NCBI GenBank assembly: GCA_963805855.1 | Contig: CAWDVW010000006.1 | Location: forward strand, 160,001 to 224,000 | DNA length: 64,000 nt | From: Candidatus Dadabacteria bacterium | Lineage (GTDB): Bacteria; Desulfobacterota_D; UBA1144; Nemesobacterales; CSP1-2 | Reading direction: 5' to 3' | Part shown: piece after piece, positions 10,470 to 19,290 of the stretch | Layout of the letters: each line of letters starts with the position of its first letter | Numbering within the stretch: the stretch's first letter is position 1 | The notes under the pieces: model-generated | Told to the model about the DNA's origin: nothing | The model's database searches: none | What the model saw: only the letters and a program-made list of their open reading frames with translations | Translations under genes and position numbers: made by a program

Positions 10470-10477
10470 GAGCTACT

Positions 10478-10580
10478 ATGGAACAACGTAAACTGAATGA
10501 TGCAGAAATTGCGCATATGCAAGTGAGGCTTCCAATTGAGCTGTATAAAATAATTAGACAGGTCGCCTTTATTGAGACAG
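10478..10580 (+). pseudogene. ribbon-helix-helix (Arc/CopG-like) gene stub
   Basis: MEQRKLNDAEIAHMQVRLPIELYKIIRQVAFIE: beta-strand-RLP-helix pattern, then runs out of frame into the cyclase gene. Confidence 0.45.
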
Positions 10581-10590
10581 GGAGGATCGA

Positions 10591-11430
10591 ATGCCTATCT
10601 ATATGGATCGTCATGACATCAAAGGCACGACTGCAACTGAAGTTGCAGAGGCCCATCAGAAAGATCTTGAAATCCAAGACAAGTACGGTTGCAAGGCCCT
10701 GACATATTGGTTTGATGAAGCAAATGGTACGACTTTTTGTTTAATAGAGGCTCCGAGAAAACAAGCTGTAGAGCAGATGCACCATGAAGCTCATGGACAT
10801 GTTCCCAGCGAAATCATCGAAGTCAACCCTGGGGCCGTGAAGGCGTTCCTTGGAAGAATCGAGGACCCGCCAATGCCAACCAAGTCGCCTGCGCCTACCA
10901 GTAACGTACCAATAATAGACTCTGCCTTTCGCACTATCATGTTCACGGATATGGAGGGTTCCACGACTATAACAACACGCCTCGGGGACTCTAAAGCCAT
11001 GGAACTCCTTCGTACTCATGATGCCATTATTCGCGATGTTATAAAGACTCATGATGGCAACGAAGTTAAACACACAGGTGACGGTTTCATGGTTTCCTTT
11101 TGCTCTGTTTCTCGCGCTGTAGAGTGTGCTATGTCTATTCAAAGGGCTGTTGCTTCTTATAATAATAAGGAGCCCATCGCTACTATCCACCTTCGCATTG
11201 GCATCACTGCTGGTGAGCCCGTCACGGGAGGCCAGGATCTATTTGGCTCCACCGTCCAACTCGCTGCTCGCATCTGTGACCATGCTAAACCTGAACAGAT
11301 TTTGGTCACACGTGTAATACAAGATCTGTGCATCGGCAAGAAATTGCCATTTTCCGACCAGGGTGAGATACCGCTACGTGGTTTCGATGAGCCTGTGCGG
11401 CTGTATGAGGTTAGATGGCAGGCGGCATAG
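10591..11430 (+). CDS. DUF4242 N-terminal domain + class III adenylate/guanylate cyclase
   Basis: MPIYMDRH...YWFDEANGTTFCL; IMFTDMEGST, VKHTGDG, LRIGI, GSTVQLAAR. Confidence 0.9.
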   Translation: MPIYMDRHDIKGTTATEVAEAHQKDLEIQDKYGCKALTYWFDEANGTTFCLIEAPRKQAVEQMHHEAHGHVPSEIIEVNPGAVKAFLGRIEDPPMPTKSPAPTSNVPIIDSAFRTIMFTDMEGSTTITTRLGDSKAMELLRTHDAIIRDVIKTHDGNEVKHTGDGFMVSFCSVSRAVECAMSIQRAVASYNNKEPIATIHLRIGITAGEPVTGGQDLFGSTVQLAARICDHAKPEQILVTRVIQDLCIGKKLPFSDQGEIPLRGFDEPVRLYEVRWQAA

Positions 11431-11520
11431 TATGGAATTATATAAATTTCACAAATGTAATCCACAAATAAACTTAAATGTGCTCTGCTTAATTGTAGCC
11501 GAGACAAATTCAAGAACACT

Positions 11521-11611
11521 TACCCCGAAAGTTTTTTAGCAAATACTGTGTGTCAAAGAAACTATTACGCCCCCTGGCAGGGGGGGGTAGGGTCAGCCGG
11601 TAGGGTATGGG
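11521..11611. repeat. G-rich ~90-bp island motif P, copy 1
   Basis: TACCCCGAAAGTTTTTTAGCAAATACTGTGTGTCAAAGAAACTATTACGCCCCCTGGCAGGGGGGGGTAGGGTCAGCCGGTAGGGTATGGG; near-identical to 19136-19225. Confidence 0.9.
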
Positions 11612-11720
11612 GGTAGCCTGCCCCCCTATAATAGGTCCATAGTTTAAGTTAGATTTTTGATAGAGAACCCTATATGTCGGGGATATTCTGAATAGCTAGG
11701 AAGCACTACATTCTCTATGG

Positions 11721-11759
11721 TTCCAACTTAATCCGAACTTAATAAAGGGAAGCCGTACA
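11721..11759 (+). repeat. island site R, copy B (degenerate)
   Basis: TTCCAACTTAATCCGAACTTAATAAAGGGAAGCCGTACA. Confidence 0.65.
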
Positions 11760-11822
11760 CTGATTTCTCACTATCTTTGGCTCTAGGAGTCAATTTTGGC
11801 TTTTTCGTCCTTGTGAAATTAC

Positions 11823-12242
11823 CTACCGAACCCTTACTACAGGAACAGCCCCTAGAACTTGGACATATTTTGTTTGGTAACTCCCTGCTCCCATCCCAAT
11901 AGGCATTCCACCTTTTAGATAGGTGCCCTTGCTGTGAGGAGGAATTGTGATGGGAAGTACCGCAGTGGTACTGCTTACCTGTTGGCCAGCGTTGTTATAT
12001 GAGGTGGAGTAGTAGTTGAGTTTTATTTCAATGTCCTTATACGCTATGTCCGCTGTATTCTCAATCGTGACATTACTAATCATAGCTACTCCACCCCAGG
12101 CAATAAAAAAAGACCAGTCAGTAACTTTAATGTACCACTCAGGATGTTGTTTCATTGAAATCGTAGGTTCCATATCTTGAGCCTTGGCAAATGGAGAAAG
12201 TAGGACCAGTAGGATAAACAGTTTTGTCGTTATATGGTTCAT
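11823..12242 (-). CDS. secreted hypothetical protein, paralog of 1499..1910
   Basis: Signal peptide from ATG 12242; shared QHPEWYIK.xDWSF.xAWGGVA.I.NV.IENT...NYYST. Confidence 0.8.
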   Translation of the reverse strand: MNHITTKLFILLVLLSPFAKAQDMEPTISMKQHPEWYIKVTDWSFFIAWGGVAMISNVTIENTADIAYKDIEIKLNYYSTSYNNAGQQVSSTTAVLPITIPPHSKGTYLKGGMPIGMGAGSYQTKYVQVLGAVPVVRVR

Positions 12243-12308
12243 GTTTGTATTCTGAGAGCTAGAAGTATTAGTTACCACTATTATACACTAGGCTAATCTC
12301 CGTCTTTA

Positions 12309-12348
12309 TTCCAGTTTAAACCGAGCTTGACAAAAGGGGAGCGGTACA
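12309..12348 (+). repeat. island site R, copy C
   Basis: TTCCAGTTTAAACCGAGCTTGACAAAAGGGGAGCGGTACA. Confidence 0.9.
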
Positions 12349-12384
12349 AACTACCCTTTGTACCAATCCATATAGAGACTTTGC

Positions 12385-12418
12385 AACAACCACAATTCCA
12401 CCTGTCAGAGGGTGTGAG
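12385..12418. repeat. 34-bp island motif Q, copy 1
   Basis: AACAACCACAATTCCACCTGTCAGAGGGTGTGAG; 31/34 identical to 19291-19324. Confidence 0.85.
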
Positions 12419-12511
12419 ATTCAGTAGCAATCTGTCTATTCCGTAAAGACAATAAAGAATGTCTGCCGGCATTCCACCCGGCTGTTGTGCGACGTTCTCT
12501 ACAGGTAGGAT

Positions 12512-12615
12512 GAGGCAGACTGTTTTCTCATATTAACTCTTCCTCTGTTTTTTTTAATTCAACGGTAAGTGAGCCTATTATTTGGGTTAGCTCTTGATTC
12601 TTTTTACGAAGGCGA
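12512..12615 (-). repeat. 104-bp inverted copy of the IS3 orfA/orfB junction (16089-16192)
   Basis: Direct base-by-base reverse-complement match. Confidence 0.92.
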
Positions 12616-12715
12616 ATGGCGGATAAGGGAAGTGGTGCGATGTGCGATGATCTGGAGGGAAAAAGAAGGAGGCTGGATCATCAGATAAGCAGGCTTTTTA
12701 GGGCTGAGGGCAAAG

Positions 12716-13584
12716 TGCCTGCCAAATCACGACCCCTTCGTGCTTGCTCACAGGATAGCGGTTCTCGACCATCTGGCTAAAGGGAGATTCTATTGGGGTG
12801 TCGGGTCCGGTACCTTTATAGGTGACTTTGAGGCATTCGGGATTGACCCAAAAACAGGAGAGCAAAGGGAATTAACCAGTGACTCACTGGATTTTATCCT
12901 TAATTTGTGGAAAAACCCGAAGCCCGGTTTTTATGGAAACAACAGATGGAAATTTCGGGTACCAGAACCGCAAAATGACGTAGGTCTTGGCGTAGATATA
13001 AGTCCGTATCAGAGACCGCATCCCCCAATAGCCGTGGCGGGGATAACCGAAAGGTCTGAGACGCTGAGAATCGCCGGAGAACAGGGGATGGATACCCATG
13101 AGCATTAATTTCATACCAAAAAATGTGTTGATGACGCATTGGTCATCGGTCGAAGAAGGAGCCCGAATGTCAGGAAAAAACCCGGATCGCTCGAAATGGC
13201 GGATTGCAAGGGATGTCTATGTCGCCGAGACTACCGAGGACGCCCGTCGGGAGGTAAAGCAGGGAACACTGTCTAGGGATTTTACAGACTACTTTTTCAA
13301 ACTAGTCCCAAGGATTAGGGGCAATTTAAAACACCTTTAAAGTCGATAAATCTATGCCCGATTCGGATGTGACTGCTGACTACATGATCGATAATCTTTG
13401 GTTAGTCGGAAACCCTGATGATGTTGTCGACCAAATTAAAGAAGTTTATCACCATGTTGGCGGCTTTGGGGTGCTGCTTGTGATGGGACATGAATGGAAA
13501 CCCAAAGACAACTGGGTCAGATGCATGAAGCTATTGGTTGAAGAGGTACTGCCGCGCTTGAAAAATTTAGGGAATAACGCTTAA
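12716..13584 (+). pseudogene. LLM-class flavin-dependent monooxygenase, 5'-truncated, two frameshifts (~13085, ~13330)
   Basis: CLPNHDPFVLAHRIAVLDHLAKGRFYWGVG, PYQRPHPPIAVA, LVGNPDDV, EEVLPRL. Confidence 0.85.
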
Positions 13585-13681
13585 GGTAGGCTTCGTCGCC
13601 TCCATACTAATCCTCCCAGATCAATGGTGAGCTTCCCTTACGGTGGCAGACGGTACGACGCTCGGATTCCACCTGCATCGA

Positions 13682-14444
13682 TTAATCCGCATGCCTAATC
13701 ATGAACCCCTCCATCAGCGTCTGCAGCATGACGGGTGTCTCCTCCATCGGGTAGTGGCCCGATTCGATCTAGCAAACTCTATGTTGTCATGCCATTTCGT
13801 AAAAGTTGCGCGCTGCGCCTCGATCCGCTCGTTGGGGAGGTCGTATTTTCCGCAGATTACCAGAAATGGCAGAGTGACACAGCCCGCTTCAGGTGAAAAA
13901 TCGTGTAGTGTAAACATATCTAGGTAGCCTCGCGCCGCTGCAGCGGTTCGGGTCTGGCGCGCGCGGCGCATCTTAAACTTCTTCCACTGTGTCGAAAGTC
14001 GGTTACCCATGGCAAAGTCAGGAGTTCATGGAATTTCTCATCATCGGTGATGGAGTCGATGGCTTTCTGCCGCAACTCTTCGGGCATTTGAAGCCGGCTG
14101 CCGAGACCGCAGCGATAGCAACCACACTCTTGAGCGCTCTGGCACGTCGATTGCCAACCGCTCGACGACCATGCCGGTCATTGAGAAGCCAACCAAATGA
14201 ACACGATTCCAACTAAGGTGATCGATCAGCTCGAGCGTATCAGCGGCAGCCTCGGTTTCGTTGTACTCACCCGTGAGGTGGATGGAACGGCCGTACCCGC
14301 GTACGTCGGTCAGCACATAGGTGAATCGATCTACATCGAGATACTGCATAACCGGCTCCCAACTCGTGCAGTCACCCATCCAATCGTTGTAGACAACAAC
14401 CTTCTCGGTCCATGCCCGAGCAATCTGTGTCCCAAGAGTGCCAA
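13682..14444 (-). pseudogene. alpha/beta hydrolase with several frameshifts
   Basis: DVRGYGRS, LVGFSMTG, PFLVICGKYD and HYPMEETP lie in different frames; GC-rich. Confidence 0.8.
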
Positions 14445-14979
14445 TGGTCACGACTCCCGTCACAATGCTGCAACGCTGAACTATAACGCCACCCGCGGAT
14501 GCCCAGCATCAAATCGCGGGCCCAACATCAATCTCAAATATTTATTCTACTCGTTCCAAATTTAAAACGCACATTACACTGCGCGTCAAAGTGATTGACA
14601 ATTTTTGTTACCAAAGATACCAATGATAACTAAGCGATTAATTCATTCTCCCAATGAACTAGGAGAATGGAACCTGATTACCAAAATGTGTCGTTACAGG
14701 TCTAGGAAATTCTTCTTTTGCGGATCAAAAATTAAGATTCGGTCTATTTTGTACAGGGTTAAATTAAGTTTTTATATGATCTATACACTCAGAACCAAGA
14801 TGGCCTTCTCACAGTTCGTCTTCTCGTGGTGCTGCGCGTCCCCCCCTAGACCAAAAACGCCCAATATCCCAAGACTGATTTCCCTCGCCATTGTTCGACC
14901 GATTTGTCTGGTGACACTGCTGTTCATGATGGTTTCAAGAGTTCCTTTATCAGCTGATGACCTTGATCTTCCAACCTTC

Positions 14980-15264
14980 ATTTTCCATATCGCCACGAAG
15001 TTGAAAAAATACTTAATAATCATTTGGTAAAAAAGACAAGTTTTTCCAATGAATTGTATCTCTGCGAAAAGTGTTACAGACTTTATGCGAGATTCTACGT
15101 AAGGATAGATTACGATGAAGATAAGACTTATACGACAGTGTACGTATGTAGCAAGTGTGAAGAGTTACTTAAAAGTATAAGGGAAGAAGAGATACCCTTA
15201 ATACCCTGTGCTAAATGTGGGGAAGAAAGCTCTAGAATACCGCCTGAGTTTGCTATGGGATTAA
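14980..15264 (+). pseudogene. Zn-ribbon protein, 5'-truncated, frameshift in G-run ~15219
   Basis: CEKC, CSKC, CAKC; corrected end CAKCGKKALEYRLSLLWD*. Confidence 0.55.
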
Positions 15265-15385
15265 ACTCCGATTTATGGAACGTATGGTACCAGCCTGTTG
15301 TTTGTCCTGCGTCAACTTTTATTAAGGTTACTTAGAAATGAACAGGGTAAGTCTAATTGATTTTTGAGAGTGGAGAGGTGTTAAT

Positions 15386-15763
15386 GTGAGCAAAACTGAA
15401 ACGCCAATGATTAGAAGGTACTGGGAGATGGTTGGTGGTACATTGATTGAAGAATTTCCTGTTGTTAAGGGAACAAGGTACCAAGGAGCGAGGAGAATAG
15501 ATGCGATAATAATTAAAAATGGTGAGAGGAGAATAGCAAAATCAAATGAAGTTTCTTTAAAAGGTAAGGATATTATTTGTGTTCAAGCTAAAAGTCATAG
15601 ACTTGGTATGTATTTAATGGGACAGACGTTTTTCTCTGAGCAGCTATTAAGGAGATTTGAGCCGAGTAGTGTCTCATGCGTTGCTTTATGTGCCAAAGAC
15701 GATGCAGTCCTAAGACCATTAATAGAACAGTATCCACAGATGAAAGTTGTTGTAATTGATTAG
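15386..15763 (+). CDS. small PD-(D/E)XK restriction-endonuclease-fold protein
   Basis: E...RRIDAII...VQAK...MGQ motif; GGAGAGG RBS. Confidence 0.6.
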   Translation: MSKTETPMIRRYWEMVGGTLIEEFPVVKGTRYQGARRIDAIIIKNGERRIAKSNEVSLKGKDIICVQAKSHRLGMYLMGQTFFSEQLLRRFEPSSVSCVALCAKDDAVLRPLIEQYPQMKVVVID

Positions 15764-15900
15764 AGTTGAAATCTCAGAATATCATAACGAGGATGAGTTA
15801 TTAGCTATGTTAGCACCATGGCTACGATATACTGCTCCCCATTAAGGAGTGAGTGTGATTAAGTGAGAAAATATCTGTAATAGACAATGGGGGAGCAACC

Positions 15901-16176
15901 ATGAAACGAAGAAGATGGGATTCTAAAGCCAAGACAAAAATAGTACTTGAAGGTCTGTCCGGTAGACCAGTATCAGACATTTGCAACGACTTCGGAATAC
16001 ATCAGAACCAATACTACACCTGGCGGGACAAGTTTTTATCAGAAGCCCACAGAGCCTTTGAATCCAAAAAAGACGGTGCACAAGTAAATCGCCTTCGTAA
16101 AAAGAATCAAGAGCTAACCCAAATAATAGGCTCACTTACCGTTGAATTAAAAAAAACAGAGGAAGAGTTAATATGA
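15901..16176 (+). CDS. IS3-family transposase OrfA (HTH_Tnp_1)
   Basis: KTKIVLEGLSGRPVSDICNDFGIHQNQYYTWRDKF. Confidence 0.9.
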   Translation: MKRRRWDSKAKTKIVLEGLSGRPVSDICNDFGIHQNQYYTWRDKFLSEAHRAFESKKDGAQVNRLRKKNQELTQIIGSLTVELKKTEEELI

Positions 16177-16943
16177 GAAAACAGTCTGCCTCTGTATCCT
16201 TTAGTAACGAATACTTACTTACACGAATAAAGGATATAAAAGCGGAACATCCTTTCTGAGGTTATAGAAGAGTATGGGCATATCTAAGATATATAGATGG
16301 ACTAGTAGTTAACAAGAAGCGTGTATACAGGCTTATGAGAGAGAATAACCTTACCGTTAAGCCTAACACAAGACTAATAGCAAAGAGGATATCAGGAAGA
16401 CCAAAGCCAAGACCTGATAGACCCAGACAGTGGTGGGGAGTAGACATGACAAAGGTCATGACTGACAGTGGCCGGGTATATGTAGTAATAGTACTGGACT
16501 GGTATACGAAGAAGATAGTAGGTTACTACAGTGGAACAAGAGCCACAACCATAGAATGGCTGGAAGCTTTAGAGAAAGGACTAAACCGAGAGTTCCCCGG
16601 AGGGGTGAGAGGACATGAATTAAAGCTCATGAGCGATAATGGGAGTCAGCCTACTTCACTTAGTTTTATGAAAGCATGTTCCAATCTGGAAGTAGAGCAA
16701 GCATTTACCAGTTACAATAACCCGAAGGGTAATGCGGATACGGAGAGAATGATAAGAACGATGAAAGAGGAGCTATTTTGGCTAAGAGAGTGGAAGAGTG
16801 AAAGAGAGCTTAGTCATGAGCTGGATAAATGGATTAAGTATTACAACACAAGCTACCTTCATTCAGCACTTGGATACCGAACACCGATTCAGTTAGAAGA
16901 GGAATATTACAGGAATATCACTTCACATGAAAATGCTGCTTGA
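16173..16943 (+). pseudogene. IS3-family transposase OrfB (rve) with premature TGA at 16257-16259
   Basis: HPF*GYRRVWAYL (Trp codon replaced by stop); WGVDMT, SDNGSQP, NADTER. Confidence 0.88.
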
Positions 16944-17055
16944 GTAATTTACTTCATAGTAATTACAACTTTTCCTTAGAGCCTTGGCTATAGTATAATA
17001 AGGGTGTAATAGATTTCATTTTAAGCCCTGTATTTAGATAGTCAGGGGTAATTAT

Positions 17056-17541
17056 ATGGCTCAACCAACTGACATAGCTCAGAATCATATTGTAAAAGAC
17101 CTGATGCTTTATCCTGTTTCCCCCTCAATACTTTATTATGTTGAACTGCCGGGAACCAAGTGCAAGATTATCCAAAACAATGGTAACAAACTCTACTGCG
17201 CAAAATATCCTATGCTTAAAGGACTGTTCAGAAAGGACATGGATGAAACTAAGAAATACGGAAAAATAATCTGCTATAAAGTGGCAGAGAAACTGGACAA
17301 CTTCGGCTTTTTCACCTCCGATGAGCGCCCTGAATATGGAATATCGTACGGTATATCCGAAAAAGAATTCGCGTATATGTTTGAGCTAATCGGGGCTAAA
17401 GAAGGCGAGCACTTAGTTGCAATGTTCGCATATCCGGAAAGAGAGGCACTTGAGTCAAAAATCTTTTTTGAAAAACTGCTTAGAAAGACTTACTTCTCCT
17501 ATATTCTAGATAAAAAAATTTTCAATATGTTTTTTGGTTAA
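17056..17541 (+). CDS. hypothetical protein resembling the GAD/insertion domain of archaeal GatE
   Basis: CAKYPMLKGLF...KKYGKII...GFFTSDERPEYGISYGISEKE...IGAKEGEHLVAMFA resembles the recalled GatE motif GIFHxDELPxYGISxEE. Confidence 0.5.
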   Translation: MAQPTDIAQNHIVKDLMLYPVSPSILYYVELPGTKCKIIQNNGNKLYCAKYPMLKGLFRKDMDETKKYGKIICYKVAEKLDNFGFFTSDERPEYGISYGISEKEFAYMFELIGAKEGEHLVAMFAYPEREALESKIFFEKLLRKTYFSYILDKKIFNMFFG

Positions 17542-17637
17542 GTAAACTCTGTTTTCATCCCCGTAGGGCTCCCTCGGCTCTTGCTCATAAAGCAGCTAAT
17601 AGTTACAAGGTTAGGTTGGGAATGAACGAATACTATA

Positions 17638-17677
17638 ATCCAACTTAGACCGAGCTTGACAAAAGGGGTGCGGTACA
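17638..17677 (+). repeat. island site R, copy D
   Basis: ATCCAACTTAGACCGAGCTTGACAAAAGGGGTGCGGTACA. Confidence 0.9.
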
Positions 17678-17889
17678 ACGACCATTTAGACTTAATACAT
17701 TATATGACGATTGGGAAAACGCACCATCTTACTCGGGATGACCAATATGGATAACAAAATCGTGCTTGAATGGAGAGGTGCCTTCGACTGGTTTGGCTCA
17801 TCCGAGAACGTCACGGCCAGCCCTGACACTATGAACCCCGCTGCTGGGAACCTCTCTCTGTATACACGGAGTTCCTTAAGGGAATGAGC

Positions 17890-17937
17890 TCGACACAGTG
17901 GAAGAAGTTTAAGATGCGCCGCGCGCGCCAGACCCGA
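17890..17937. repeat. 48-bp inverted copy of 13948-13995
   Basis: TCGACACAGTGGAAGAAGTTTAAGATGCGCCGCGCGCGCCAGACCCGA is an exact reverse complement. Confidence 0.92.
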
Positions 17938-17999
17938 GAACCTATGCTGAGAGTAACCTCGCTTCTCTATCCTGTCTTCTTATTGTTATTGGTTCAGGC

Positions 18000-18238
18000 G
18001 GTTTTTCCACAAATTAAGGATAAAATCCAGTGAGTCACTGGTTAATTCCCTTTGCTCTCCTGTTTTTGGGTCAATCCCGAATGCCTCAAAGTCACCTATA
18101 AAGGTACCGGACCGACACCCCAATAGAATCTCCCTTTAGCCAGATGGTCGAGAACCGCTATCCTGTGGGCAAGCCCGAAGGGGTCGTGATTTGGCAGGCA
18201 CTTTGCCCTCAGCCCTAAAAAGCCTGCTTATCTGATGA
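18000..18238. repeat. ~239-bp inverted copy of 12678-12917
   Basis: Reverse-complement match with 2 substitutions and one 1-bp indel. Confidence 0.92.
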
Positions 18239-18648
18239 GTGGTTTAATTCCAAATGGATGGCGGGTGTCTTTCCTCAGCAGGCATGGTCCGTCGCGGGTG
18301 ATGATAATCGCCCGGAAACAAGCCAGGCCAAGACCCAGGGGCACAAGCTCGCACAAGCCATCATCCCCCCCGTAGAGAAAGCCTTGACCCTGAAGTTCTG
18401 GGCTGCCCTCTTCTCCCTCAGGATTACATCAGCCACAAGCATCTCTCCCGATAGTATGTATACGTCCAGCGCACCCCTCATCGGGCACACGCCCAGATGG
18501 AAAACACAGGCTATGTTAATACTTCACCTCGACGAAGGAGTAACAATAACACCAAACTTTGCGCTATAAGACCTATAATCGGGAATTATAGGCATGCTCG
18601 CAGTCTAATTAATAGTTAGGCACAGAAAAGCGCAGGAACTGTCATCCA

Positions 18649-18975
18649 TTGGTAACAAGCTCTGCATACTTTACCACGAACGACGGGGTGAGGCTGCATT
18701 ACCTCGAAGCAGGTCACGGGAGACCACTCGTGCTGCTGCCGGGGTGGACACAGCCGGCCGAGACGTATATCTCGCGGTTCAAATCAGACCCTTACTCCAT
18801 TCTTATTGCTGAAATGCTCTTGAGGAAAACTACAGCCTTACAGGTTGAAAGAATATTTCGCTTTACTTCGGGAAAGGGTGACGCTAAAAAATTAGCCAGG
18901 GAAGGAATAAAACAGGGGTTTACCCATTTTGTTTCTGTCGGGGGGGACGGTACTGCACATGAAGTGGTGAATTGA
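18649..18975 (+). pseudogene. in-frame chimera of alpha/beta hydrolase, HhH-GPD glycosylase (MutY/MIG-like) and diacylglycerol-kinase fragments
   Basis: DGVRLHYLEAGHGRPLVLLPGW | DPYSILIAEMLLRKTTALQV | FTSGKGDAKKLAREG...VSVGGDGTAHEVVN. Confidence 0.8.
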
Positions 18976-19058
18976 AGGCGACAAAGCCAAACTTGATGAC
19001 CTGGTTTCAACGCTCGAGCCAAGCATTGGGTAGGAATCGGAAAACGAAATACTGGATA

Positions 19059-19099
19059 TTGGCCTGGCTTGTTTCCGGGCGATTATCATCACCCGCGAC
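19059..19099. repeat. 41-bp inverted copy of 18291-18331
   Basis: TTGGCCTGGCTTGTTTCCGGGCGATTATCATCACCCGCGAC is an exact reverse complement. Confidence 0.92.
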
Positions 19100-19135
19100 C
19101 GTAGAGGCGGCTTCTAAGTGAATTGATGCATAACC

Positions 19136-19225
19136 TACCCCGAAATTTTTAGCAAATACTGAGTGTCAAAGAAGCTATTACGCACCCTGCCAGGGGGGGG
19201 GTAGGGTCAGCCCGTAGGGTATGGG
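19136..19225. repeat. G-rich island motif P, copy 2
   Basis: Direct repeat of 11521-11611 with a handful of differences. Confidence 0.9.
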
Positions 19226-19290
19226 TACGTAGGCCAGAGCTTTCATTTTCTTCTCTATAACCCCACAGACAAAAGAAAGCAATAAGGTAT

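Larger units (their letters stand above)
15830..16943 (+). mobile_element. IS3-family insertion sequence (inactivated; right TIR not found)
   Basis: orfA HTH and orfB DDE genes; A8 slippery run 16149-16156; TGCTCCCCATT/AATGGGGGAGCA inverted repeat overlaps the orfA RBS. Confidence 0.85.

Noticed and set aside
15781-15815. attC after the nuclease gene (CATAAC...GTTAGC)
   Set aside because: Too short, with no internal L-box palindrome.
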